A stretch of 63,944 nt of DNA, filler included, from Octopus bimaculoides (taxonomy: Eukaryota), in NCBI RefSeq assembly GCF_001194135.2. It is 5 parts of 4 records of this genome, joined end to end, with 100 filler letters (N's around TTAATTAATTAA, not from the genome) between each part and the next. Parts side by side here need not be neighbours in the genome. Positions count along the whole stretch, not along the records: positions 1 to 25,832 come from NC_068987.1; 4 more parts are not named here. The stretch is one strand, 5' to 3'. The number at the start of each line of letters is the position of its first letter. Position 1 is the stretch's first letter. Position numbers and translations under genes: made by a program. Of the stretch, positions 13,074 to 24,648 are shown in pieces. The notes under the pieces were generated by a model. It ran no database searches and was not told where the DNA came from. It saw nothing but the letters and a program-made list of their open reading frames with translations.

Positions 13074-14106
13074 TATTCGCCATGTAAATAAGCGTGAACA
13101 TTTCATGGAATTGCACTTAAGTGCATGTGTTAAGTGATATAAAAAATTTGGTTCATTAAAAAACAAAAAAAAATACACTTTTCACTACTCATGCACCACC
13201 ACCACCTCATCTTCCCCTCTCTCTGCCTCTCTTTAACCTCACCATCAGAACATCACCTGCTAAAATTATATTTCTAACTCTTTCACTACATCAATACCTA
13301 CAACCAACTTTTTTAACCACATAATAAATATTACACTCCCCCTACCACACATCATGGATGCTCTTTTTCTCTCTCCTTTCTGCCTCACTCTTCACCTTAT
13401 CCTCTTTTTCTCTCCTTATTCTTTCACCTCTCTTTCCCTTCAATTAATCACTTGAAAGTATTACAATTACATTCATGGATGCTTCTCTCTTTCTCTAGCC
13501 CACTTTTCATTCTCCCTCTTTTTCTCTAATCACGTGAAAGCTAAGTAACGTAATGACAAGCAAAATTATTATAAGATCTTTGCAGCTGTAATTGAATAAT
13601 GACCAGACCAAGCTTGTGTCATAGTAAGACTTGCTGTCAGAGAACTTTACTTGAGGATTAGTTTCATTAATGCAGTTGCAATAACACTTTATTTGGCATT
13701 GAACCCAGGGCTGTAGCATTACGATGTCAAACACCAATGTTTTTGTCAAGAACCACATCTGGGAGCCTGCCAGCCAAGGCTAAAGAGACCCTGCTTCTCT
13801 TTGTGGTAGGTCTAACCCTGCCAAGGGCAACCTTAGTGTATGGTCTCAGGCTACTGGTTACTCTCATGAATTGGTAGTATAGTGTATGATACTAACAACA
13901 AAAAATGCTGTTTAAATAGTTTCTGAGCAAGCTCATCCACTCTTTAACAGGTTTATTACTCTCCACCTTTGATAGATTTATTACTGTTATTATGGAGAAT
14001 TAAATTACATACAATATAAATTTAAGTGTTATAGTTTCAGTAGTAGAAGATAAGCATCTCAATGTGACTTTGTTTCATAATTTAACTTGTTCTTGTCTAA
14101 TTTTAG

Positions 14107-14237
14107 AGCTCTGCCAAGACCTTAACAAATGCTGATCGTGCATCTCTATTTTTGGTGGACATGCAACGTAAAGAATTATTTTCCCGAATATTTGATGCTG
14201 GTTCAGATCCAGAAAAATACATGTTAAATGATATCAG
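14107..14237 (+). CDS. PDE10A: PDE10A-like phosphodiesterase, internal exon (GAF-B)
   Basis: Acceptor ttttag and donor gttatt. 131 nt: SSAKTLTNADRASLFLVDMQRKELFSRIFDAGSDPEKYMLNDI(R), matching the PDE10 GAF-B motif AKxLVNADRxxLFxVD...IFD...EIR. Not in the ORF track (no start codon). Confidence 0.9.
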
Positions 14238-14789
14238 GTTATTTGCAAGTTGTATTTGTTTGATAATTGTATTGAATCTAAAATCATATGAAGAAATGAA
14301 AATTGTATCATCATGAATCACTGAGGGCATTTAAAACCCATATTGTCACTTTTGTATTTCTTGATGGTATTGTACACTATAAAGTGACAAGTTTCGAGGT
14401 ATTTCTACAACCTGATCACTGACAAGATTCCACTGCAGTTGAACTGTCAGCAACCAGGTCATAGAGGGATGACAAAACTTGATGCTTTAGTTGCCAATAC
14501 TATCAAGAAATATGGAACAGTTTAAGTGTGTGTTTTAGATATAACTGCGTTTGTACTTTAAATGACTTCTATGGTGTAATTGATGTCAAGTAAATACTGA
14601 AAAAAGAATAAAAGAATTAGAGAGTAAATGGATAATGGGTTGATAACTGAGTAATCTGTGAATAATTGAAGAGATTGACAGCAGAATGGTGGTGAGTAAT
14701 GTCTAGAGTAATGAGAGAGTAATGGTATGAGAGTTCTGTAGTGTCCTAGTCTATAATGTGTCTGATTCTCATTTGTGTCTACCCTTCAA

Positions 14790-15125
14790 CCTTGTACCTG
14801 CAAGTCTCACTTCATTCTTGGGAGAGATGGTATCTGACTTCACATATGAGTAGAAGCCTAAAGCAGCAATTCATTCACAAAAAGGACAGACCCTGCCAGA
14901 ATGGATATTTACAAGTATCAACCACAGTGCTTAAAGTTGTATTTCAAATTCTACCAGTCAATACATTCCCCTTTACGTGATAAGATGGGTTGACCAAACC
15001 ACTCATCAAAGAGCTACTTTGACCCAAGATATTCTCTGATGTTTGTTTCAGGGCTAAAGGTCCAATTGTATCCAATCTTAACAGTTTTAAGCAGATTAAT
15101 GGCATTGACCTCAAAAAACCATTTT
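14790..15125 (+). mobile_element. Highly decayed CR1/Jockey-group RT fragment
   Basis: FIHKKDRPCQNGYLQVSTTVLKVVFQIL resembles PIHKKGDR..NYRPISLTSVLCKVFE, followed by IDLKKPF resembling DLKKAFD. Confidence 0.4.
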
Positions 15126-15469
15126 AGTTGACAGATAGGTACCAAATAATGGGAAAGAGTTAACCACAGTTGAAAAATAAATTAAAAATACATTTAAATA
15201 AAATGGCTAAATTAAGAGTTAAATAAAAAGTATTTTAATAACGCTTTCTAAAATAACATAAGTCACATTTCAGAAGGAGATGGTATTTCATTATGCCACC
15301 ATATTATACTATACTACTCATGTAAATTTTAAAAAATGCTAATAGTTAGAGACAATGTTTCAAAACTCTTACCATAGTAGAATAAAATGAAAGCAAAACA
15401 GTTTCAAGATTTTGTAATCAAGTTAGTTAGAAAAACCTGTTGTTACATAACACTTTTGATTAAGTGAAA

Positions 15470-17775
15470 AAATATCGTCATCAACTGAAATAGACATGTA
15501 GGAGTAAGTTGGCAGTTGAATTTTTTGGATTTGGTTTTCACAATGAAAACGGAACCAAGCTGCTGAAGTTCTGTGATGCAAATTATCTTATGATCTGCAA
15601 TAGTAACTTCAGGAAATCTGCCAACTACCTGTTCACCTACCAATCCAGTGATAGGAAATGGGAAAGATAGCTAAATGCCAAAATTTTCCCAGTTAAGAAT
15701 GCACCCCACCAACATAGGTCAGTTGTTAGTGACGTCAGGATCAGGGATAAATGGTTGCCCAGAAGATGATCATTGTGGAAAAGAAAGGTGTGGAAGCTTA
15801 AGGATCTTCTAAATGGACAGAGATTTAAAGACGTATTACATGAAGATTTTGACGGAAACGAGGACAACTGGAGGTTCCTATGGGACAACCTGTTGAAGGC
15901 AACTGACCAGATCTGTGGCTAGTGCAAAGTCCCCTCTTGACCTGAGGTAACATAGTGGTGGAACAATGTAGTTGACAGGGTCATTAGAGAAAAGAAACAG
16001 GCCTGGAAATATGGTAGTTGGGAACTGTATCAGATATCCAGAAGGAAAGGTAGGAAACAGGTATAGTTAGCCAGAGGGGAAGTAGAAAAGAAGAGGTTTG
16101 TTATTGTTCTGCATCATGAGTACCAGAGACTTGAAGTGTTTCAAATTGCAAGACAATGTGCGAGAGAAAATCACGATGTCATAGGAGAGAAATGTATCCA
16201 CATGGATGATGGCTCACTGGAATTTAACGATGCAGCAAAGAAAGAGGCTTGAAAACACCACTATGAAGAGAATGATTGGGAGAAAGAGAGTCTGCCAAAT
16301 GTTGACCGAACTAAGGAACCAGCTATCCGAATCAACAGTACTTCGGTAGATAAAGTAATTAAGGATATGAAAACAGGGAAAGCCCCCAGCCCTTCAGGAA
16401 TCACTGTTGAGATGCTTAAAATATCTGATGATGTAGGCTATGGTCTAGTCACCTGTATAGTTAACCATGTGGTACATGAAGGAGTCATACCCAATGACTG
16501 GTGTAGCAACAACCATGGCAAATGTTACAAAGGTAAAGAGATGCCTTAGAAATAATTACAGGAAGAATCAAATTGTTGGATCAGGTGATGAAAGTTATAG
16601 AGAGAGTCATAAGCCCAACTTATTAGGGAAATAGTTAGCTTAGATGTAGTTTGGTTTTGTGCCAGAGAGAAGCACCACTGATGCTATATTTCTGGTAAGA
16701 CAGCTGCAGGAGAAATGCCTAGCCAAAGAAATCTCTGTTCTTGGCTTTTCTTGACATGGAGAAAGCCTTTGATAGGGTCCTCCTGATCCTTTATCTAGTG
16801 GTCAATGCAGAAATTAGGGATTAAGTGGTTGGTGACAGCTATACAAGCCATATACAGGAATGTTGTCAGTAAGGTGAGGGTTGGCAACAAGTATAGTGAA
16901 GAATTTGGGGTACAAATAGGGGTTCACCAAGGATGATTCCTCAGCCCCCTCTTGTTCATCATAGTCCTCCAAACAATAACAGAGGAATTCATGACAGGCT
17001 GCCCGTGAGAGCTCCTCTGTGCTGATGATCTTGCTCTTATAGATGAATCACTACCAGAACTAGAAGAGGTTTCAGGTGTGGAAGTAAGGTCTAGAATCGA
17101 AGGGCCGTAGAGTTAACCTAGTAAAAACCAAAGTCTTAGTTAGTAGGAAGGCAGACAAATCACAAATCCCTTCAGGTAGATGGCCCTGCTTGATCTGTAG
17201 AAAATGCATAGGTAAAAACTCCATAAGATGTACTTGGTGTAAGCTATGGCCACATAAGAGGGGCAGTAATATCAGAAGGTTATCATGGAAGATAGTCTTT
17301 TTTGTGTGGAAAGTGCACAGATACAATTAACACTAAAAATGTACAGAGAATAGATTCCATCATGTGCCAGTGGGGAAAACTAGTAGTAGTCGATAACTTC
17401 TGTTACCTAAGGTGACTAGGTCAGCAGTGGGGGGGGGGGTATGCTCTAAGAGCATAGCTGCTAGAATACAAATAGGCTGGGCAAAGTTGAGAGAGCTCCT
17501 TCCTCTGTTGATAGTAAAGGGCATCTCGCTCAGAGTGAAAAGATGTCTGTACAAACAGCCATATTACATAGCAGTGAAACATGGGCTGTGACTGCCAAGG
17601 ACATGCAGAGATTTGTAAGAAATGAAGCTAGTATGCTTATGGATGTTAAATGTCAATGTGCATGCACAACTGAGTGTAAGCATCCTGAGAGAAAAGTTGG
17701 GCATAAGAGATATCAGATGTGGTGAGCAAGAGAGACAACTGTGCTGGTATGGTCATGTGATGCATATGGATGAAT
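15470..17775 (+). mobile_element. Degenerate RTE-clade LINE (APE endonuclease end, RT, C-terminus); same family as 1-400
   Basis: NGTKLLKFCDANYLMICNSNFRK, KTGKAPSPSGITVEMLK, FLDMEKAFDRV, GVHQG, LLCADDLAL, ILHSSETWAVTAKDMQR, WYGHVMHMDE. Confidence 0.9.
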
Positions 17776-18270
17776 ACAGGTTTCCTTGATGCTGCTGGTT
17801 TTCAATGATTATCTTTACTTCCCAGCAGCTTTAATTGAGCTGACCTGAATCAAATGTATTCCAGCTGGGACATACTGTCTTGTTTTGTGGTGACCACAAT
17901 ATCTAGGACTATATTATCCTGCATGTCCTCCTGTACATAGACAGACAGATGAACTTTTAGAGATTTGACTGCAATTTATAGCAGATCAAGTAGCCAAGTA
18001 GGTTCCCTTCCTTGTCTCATGAAGTCTAGGATTTTTAGATGGCAAGGTGTATTGTATTGGGTATATTTTGAAATATATTTGTGACACACATGAAGTCCCT
18101 TCAGCTGAAACTGAACCCACTATTAAACAATGCTGTTCTTAATGACTTGTAGGTTCATGGTATTATGTTATGTGGAGATAACATAATAATGTAAAAGTGC
18201 ACTACTAACACAGGAATGTAAATTGGTGTATCCAATGACTATACACTATATATAGTGGCTATTTAAGCAA

Positions 18271-19099
18271 TGTGTTTGAGAATGATTAATGGCTTAGATG
18301 TGTGCTGATGAAGGGGCAAAATCTCCTGAAATATGGCAGATATGCCCATTTTCCACTTTTCATCTTTGATCTTATTGTTGACATTTGAGGTTTCATATAC
18401 AGAACATGGTAACAAAAATCAGTGTTGGCTATAGAATATCTGCACAGATAACCATTCTTGTCATAAATTTACATATTTCTTCAATAAAAGGATAGAGTCC
18501 AGATAGGAAAGGAATCAATAAGGTATCAGACAGCCAGCAAGAAGTTTGACAGGATTGGCCAGGAGGTTGCAGACATAAATCAGAGAAGATAACTGTATAC
18601 TGGCACTACTATTATTTCTGTGTTGTGTCCTATGGTAAAGACATAGGTACTGAAATGGAGTACAGTTCATTGTGTTTCAATAGCTTTTCAATATTAAGTT
18701 CAATTCTTTTGAAGGGACAGGAGAAAGTAGTGGCTAGTCATACTAGTCTGAGACAAGAAGAAACTAAATCTTTAGTGAGACACAATAACCCACTCAATAG
18801 CATCATGTACTAGTCAAAACTCTTCATTAGATTTGTAGGAAATATTTAGGCCTTCACAGAGGAAGTGAATTAGCAATAAATTGCTAAGATTAAAAACAAA
18901 TGAAATATCAGTTCCTGGGACAGCATTCTATCCTGTGGCATTTATAAACGCGAGTCTTTTGGATGGAGCCAACTGATGTAGTGAAGCCAATCATAGTGTT
19001 TCGAAGATGAAAAGTGGGCAATGGGTACATCTGCCATATTTCAGGGGATTTTGCCCCTTCATCAGCACCCATTTAACCCATTAATCATTCTCAAACACA
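18271..19099. repeat. ~99-bp inverted repeat pair (18271-18369 / 19001-19099), each containing a hammerhead-like core
   Basis: tgtgtttgagaatgattaatgg...ctgatgaaggggcaaaatc(t/c)cctgaaatatggcagat...acttttcatctt(t/c)ga present in both orientations. Confidence 0.85.
19020..19073 (-). ncRNA. Candidate type I hammerhead ribozyme
   Basis: AAUGGGUG-CUGAUGA-AGGGG(CAAAAU)CCCCU-GAA-AUAU(GGCAG)AUGU-A-CCCAUU, GUA cleavage triplet. Stem I requires a bulge. Confidence 0.4.
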
Positions 19100-19904
19100 C
19101 TGGTTTTAATACAGACAAGAAATGAATGATTCAAATTCAGACATTAGAAAGATGAAACTATGATGGTCTTCACAAAACATCACTATAAACACAAATTGAT
19201 AAAATAACAGACAGAATGCCTTCTGGTATCATATCTCTTTACATTGTGAGGTCATTAGTATAAATGGGAGGATGAGAAAATAAGTACCAGTAAGGGTAGG
19301 CAATCAGTATAATCAACTATCTCCATCCCCTAAAGCAACACTTCAGAGATTATAGTATCTATTTCATAGAATCTGCCCCCACCCCACCACCCTCCACTCA
19401 CAAACTTCACAATGTAAGAATTTGAAATTATGTTCAAAGCTGCAGGAATGAAAGAAATTGATTATAGTAGCTTTCTGTATTTAGTTCAAATCAATATTGA
19501 CCTTGTCTTTCAATTCTTTGACGATTCATAAAATTAGTCACTTACTGGAGGTTGATTTGTTACCAACAAAGGTGTCTTGTAAAAGAAGTAAAAATGTTAG
19601 AAGCCAATAGTATATCAGTATGTACATACTTGTACACTTATTTTCAATGTGAGAAAAGGTATTCCAGGCATATCACTGGTCTGATGAACCTTTATGTCTA
19701 GAATTTGTCTCAGCAGTTCAAGTTTTTGGTAGATCAATTAGTCTCTGCAGCAGTAGAAATATTTAAAATTTAATCTTAAAATTAAATGATTTGTTAAAGG
19801 TTATACAATTAGTTTATTAAACATTGTTAGATAAATATTTACACTTGAACTTCAAAAGACATTATGGAACTGTATAAAGTTTGAACAAATTATGCTCATT
19901 TCAG

Positions 19905-19997
19905 ATTTTCTATCAATAAAGGTGTTGCAGGATATGTTGCCTCAACTGGGGAAATATTAAATATACCAAATGCTTACCAAGATTCAAGATTTAACAG
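19905..19997 (+). CDS. PDE10A: PDE10A-like phosphodiesterase, internal exon (GAF-B)
   Basis: Acceptor catttcag and donor gtaaat. 93 nt, phase 2/2: (R)[30 protein letters not shown](R), cf. PDE10A [31 protein letters not shown]. Confidence 0.92.
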
Positions 19998-21133
19998 GTA
20001 AATAATTCAAAGTTCATTAGAATTTAGTATACAGCTCTCTTCCTTACATAATGCAATTAATATCTCAATGCTAATCAAATTAATCAATGGGAATAATTGT
20101 AACACTCCTGGAAAAAAATGGAATTACAGTTATTTTTTTTCAGAGACATTTGTTACCAAGAAATTTTGTTAAAACTCAAGTATATCTTTCAATATCAAAT
20201 CAATGTCTTAAAGACAAAAAAGAAAAAAAAAATAGAAATCAAGGTTTTGTAGACTTTATAACCCAAGAATATTCAAGTTTTTGGATAAGCACCCCCTCTT
20301 AAAACAGACTTCTTTTTTTTTTAATCAAGCAATTTTTTCCAATTTATACTTTGAAGCATTAGAGATATTTTATTGTGTCCAAGGAGAGTCATCCTCTTTT
20401 AGTGCCTTGTTAATTTAACACACTCACTGGTCTGATTTCCACTCATTTATTTAAAAAGTTTTCGTGGTTTCATGCAACCTTTTCAATAGTCGTTGACTGC
20501 CCATTATCAGAACTGCGTTTTGTGAGCGTGTGTGTGCATGCACATGTATGTATATGCATGTGCACACGTTTGTATACATGTATTCTGCATATCCATGTGC
20601 TTGTGTGTTCATATTTGTATGTGTACGTGACTATATAAACTGAGGGTATTGGGGTACAACACCTATATATATTTCCTATTTAGTACTGGGGGCATTTCAT
20701 TAATGAAGATGTACAAGTAGGAAACAGGTGTTATATCCCAATTCCAACAGCTTATATAGTCACACAAACCCAGACAGACACGCAAGCACATGCAGAACAC
20801 ACACACATACGTGCACACGTACGTACGTGCGTGTACACACACACACGTGTATGCGCACGCACACCACGCATGCACACACAAAAAAACGCAATTCCGATAA
20901 CGGGCAGGGTCAACAACTATTGAAAAGGTTGCAAGATGTAATGAAAATTTTAGCAAAAATAAATGAGTGGAAATCAGACCGTTGTGTTAAACTTATAAAA
21001 GCACTAAAAGAGAATGACTCCCCAGACACAAAATATGCTTCGAGACACGAATTCCCATAAAGAATCTTGCAAACGAAATAAAATAAGCACTAGAGGTATT
21101 CTGTAAAAAAAAAAAAAGAAAAAAAAAATGTTG

Positions 21134-21912
21134 GGCGCTGTCATGGTATTAGCTGTCAGAATTGAAAGTAGAACTGACAAGGAACGTTACTGCTGGTTTG
21201 AGTTGATTCTTTGGCTACTGACTAGCCGGAGCTATCTATCTGTCTGTCTGTCTCTCTCTCTCTATATCTATCTATCTATCACTCGTTCACCTCTGTTCGT
21301 GTCCGTAGAATTTATCAAATTAGAAAACGCAAATTTAATATAAAAATATATTTTCTGAAATTGCAAATTATTTAAAATATAAANNNNNNNNNNNNNNNNN
21401 NNNNNNNNNNNNNNNNNNNNNNNNNNNNNNNNNNNNNNNNNNNNNNNNNNNNNNNNNNNNNNNNNNNNNNNNNNNNNNNNNNNNNNNNNNNNNNNNNNNN
21501 NNNNNNNNNNNNNNNNNNNNNNNNNNNNNNNNNNNNNNNNNNNNNNNNNNNNNNNNNNNNNNNNNNNNNNNNNNNNNNNNNNNNNNNNNNNNNNNNNNNN
21601 NNNNNNNNNNNNNNNNNNNNNNNNNNNNNNNNNNNNNNNNNNNNNNNNNNNNNNNNNNNNNNNNNNNNNNNNNNNNNNNNNNNNNNNNNNNNNNNNNNNN
21701 NNNNNNNNNNNNNNNNNNNNNNNNNNNNNNNNNNNNNNNNNNNNNNNNNNNNNNNNNNNNNNNNNNNNNNNNNNNNNNNNNNNNNNNGAGAGAGAGAGAG
21801 AGCGAGAGCTCCGGCCAGTCATGGTTTGGAGTTGATTCTTTGGCTACTGACAGCAGTAACGTTCCTTGTCAGTTCTACTTTCAATTCTGACAGCTAATAC
21901 CATGACAGTGCC
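21134..21912. mobile_element. MITE with long TIRs and 8-bp TSD (superfamily uncertain: Merlin/hAT/MULE-like), spanning a gap
   Basis: TIR ggc(g/a)ctgtcatggtattagctgtcagaattgaaagtagaactgacaaggaacgttactgctg at both ends. TSD aaatgttg at 21126-33 and 21913-20. Confidence 0.85.
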
Positions 21913-21992
21913 AAATGTTGCTACTGGAGCAGAGACAAGCGGGGTGGGATTGAAATTCTTCCCATCAGAATCATAGACCTTGATTTAAAAAA

Positions 21993-22340
21993 ACATGGAT
22001 GTGTGGTGAGAAGTTTGCTTCCCAACTACATGGTTCCAATTTTAGTCCCACTGCGTGGCGTGGCATGGCACCTTAGGCAAGTATCTGCTGCTATAACCTC
22101 AAGCCGAGCAAAGCCTTGTAATAGGATTTGGTAGATGGAAACTGAAAGAAGGTTGTGAGTGTGTAACCACCACTTTACATGTGATGGTGTGTTTATGCCT
22201 CCGTAACTTAGCGGTTCGGCAAAAGTATCTGATAAGAATAAGTAACAGTAAAAAGTACTGGAGTCATTTCATTCGACTAAAAATTTAAGACGGTGCCCTA
22301 GCATGATCGCAGTCTAATGACTGAAATAAGTAAAATAAAA
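21993..22340 (+). mobile_element. tRNA-derived SINE family B
   Basis: gtgtggtgagaagtttgcttcccaac...ccactgcgtggc...gtaacttagcggttcggcaaaag...ctgaaataagtaaaa. Related copies at 34637-35040, 36715-36860, 43085-43221, 49755-49895, 55152-55680 and partial reverse copies. Confidence 0.8.
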
Positions 22341-23715
22341 AAATGGCATGAACCGTTTGCTGTTAAACACTAGAAAGACAAGACTTCAGAACCAACTTTA
22401 ATTCTAAATTTGAATGCCTCATGTCTGATGATAAATTTTCCAGTCAATAAATAAGTACTCTATTTGAATCGTTATAGAACTTCAATTCCTAGAGCATTTC
22501 TTACTTAATGTTGATGTCATTTTACTTCGATTTCGATACTCATTTGCTTTGTCCAAAAATTCAAATTTAAGGTCTCTTGTAAAAACTTTTTAAAAAATGT
22601 TCTTAAACAATTGCATCGCTTTAATCGATACAGTTACATAGTGATTTTTTAAATTTCAAAAGCCTGAAGTAAATTTGCAAATAAAAACAACACATCCATT
22701 TATATTGGTGACCGGAAGGGAAACTCGATGAGCGATCAGATGGCAAGAAAAAAAAACATAAGAAAAGGCTTATATATATATATATATATATACACTTAAA
22801 CATAACTGAAGCTACGTCAATAAAACTGGTAATAAAATGGACTTACATCAATATAAAACAAATGGGCTTCCTCACTTCTAGTTAAAGCTTAGTTACGAGA
22901 AGAATCAGAGGAAACCGACATGGCAGGAACCAGTTTACATAACCGAGTAGCTTAATGAACTACCAAAACATTTGTATAAAATTTTAATAAAAATTTAAAT
23001 AGGTAGCATTGAAACTCCAGTTTTACCTAAAATTTAATTTTGGAATAAAGTTTTGAAATATATTTATACAATAATTAAAAAAAAAAATAAGGAAAAAACT
23101 TCATAGATAATTCGTTCCACTTTACATAAAGTTTTATATACAAATTGTGGATTCAGTCAATTTAAATTGCATTAGAAAGGTTAACTGTTTATATAGAAAT
23201 CATGAATTAATAAAATATTAAATCTACAACAAAAGCTGCTAACAAAGTTAAATTAAAATTTAATGATCGGATCTCCCGATGTCAAACTTAAGGTTGTAGC
23301 AGAAGTTGTAAAACCCGGTTAACCAACCTGCATTTTTTTTTTCTTTTTTAATGACAAAATATATTTGAAACCTGTCCAAGGTGAAGAAAAGTGGATATTT
23401 GGTAAAGATATTTATAAATGTAAGTGTTGAAGTGTGTAAAGTTTATAAATTCAAGTGGGACAACGTGATACGTTTGACATTAGTAGTCATTGAGATGGTG
23501 ATTCAGTCTATCGATTTTTAGCGTTAAACAATGGTCATTTCCAACAGTTGTCAAGTGATCTTTCATCAATTACAAAATCTGAGAGAAATCTCCAGGATTA
23601 TTGTAATTATTTTCAACGTTGCAAAACAAGTGTTTCAAAGAAATAAGTTTAGATTATTAGGATTGATAATTGAATTTTAAATCTCGTATGTTAAGCGTGC
23701 TATAAATCGACCCAA

Positions 23716-24648
23716 CTATAAATAACCACCGGGTAACCGGCGAAAAAACGTATCGTTCCAATTCATAGGGTAATGGTCAATCGCAGAATATTCCTGCTGC
23801 TCAGTTAAATAATCGAGGTTACTGTCATGACTTTGATTACTATAAGGGGTAGCGACAAATGGAATCTTTGGAGTTAAGTAATGAAAATTTTGCGGATAAA
23901 ACAGTGGTAGATAAGAGGGATTAATCTGTATATTATCTGTTTGCGGGCTATAATTATCTCCTGGTGGAGCCTGATACTGAAAACTAGGGTTGCTTTCATC
24001 TCCAGGATTCACATAGGAACCAGATTTATATGGAAGATGTGGCTGGTAAGTAGTACGAAGAAAACTTGACGGAAGGAGCGTGGGATTTTTAAGTGTAGTA
24101 TTTTTAGAATACAACTTTTTTCTTGTTGCACGAGTTACAACAATTTGTCTTCCATTTACTTGAATTTTACTGTGTAAAACACATTTGTCCACAGAATCGA
24201 TGTCGTCAAAGCAGAGAAAGACAAAGCCCGTGTATTTACCAGCATGGTTTATTACCCACTCCAGTTTTTGTACAGAGCCGTAATTGGAGAAAACTTTCCA
24301 AATCTCTTCTTCCCGAATGTCTTTCCTAAATCTTCCAGCATAAATTTCCATAATATTCCGTAATTCACCAGGGTTCTTATAATACGGCATGGCTCGCCTA
24401 GTTTCTACACATCGATTATCTATGATGTGAGGCCGACTGGATTGTATTTCGTCTAAAGTGGAAGCTTCCTTAAATACCAGAAAACTGAAACCTTTTGATA
24501 CCCCCGTTGCTGGATTTCTTACGACAACACAGTCAATCACTTTACCCCATTGTTCGAAGTAAGTCTTCAATGAAATTTCATTTGTTTCTCGACTTAGACC
24601 TCCAACGAATAATTTGCGGTATTTCTTTGCCTCCATACTGACCTCCAT
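23716..24648 (-). CDS. Intronless hnRNP A1/A2-family two-RRM RNA-binding protein (likely retrogene), ~310 aa
   Basis: Uninterrupted ORF (first ATG 24648, second ATG 24636). RRM1: RKLFVGGLSRETNEISLKTYFEQWGKVIDCVVVRNPATGVSKGFSFLVF...RPHIIDNRCVETRRAMP. RRM2: ...GKYTGFVFLCFDDIDSVDKCVL...VNGRQIVVTRA. Both align to the hnRNP A1 UP1 motifs. Low-complexity P/Y/S/Q/N tail. Confidence 0.9.
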   Translation of the reverse strand: MEVSMEAKKYRKLFVGGLSRETNEISLKTYFEQWGKVIDCVVVRNPATGVSKGFSFLVFKEASTLDEIQSSRPHIIDNRCVETRRAMPYYKNPGELRNIMEIYAGRFRKDIREEEIWKVFSNYGSVQKLEWVINHAGKYTGFVFLCFDDIDSVDKCVLHSKIQVNGRQIVVTRATRKKLYSKNTTLKNPTLLPSSFLRTTYQPHLPYKSGSYVNPGDESNPSFQYQAPPGDNYSPQTDNIQINPSYLPLFYPQNFHYLTPKIPFVATPYSNQSHDSNLDYLTEQQEYSAIDHYPMNWNDTFFRRLPGGYL

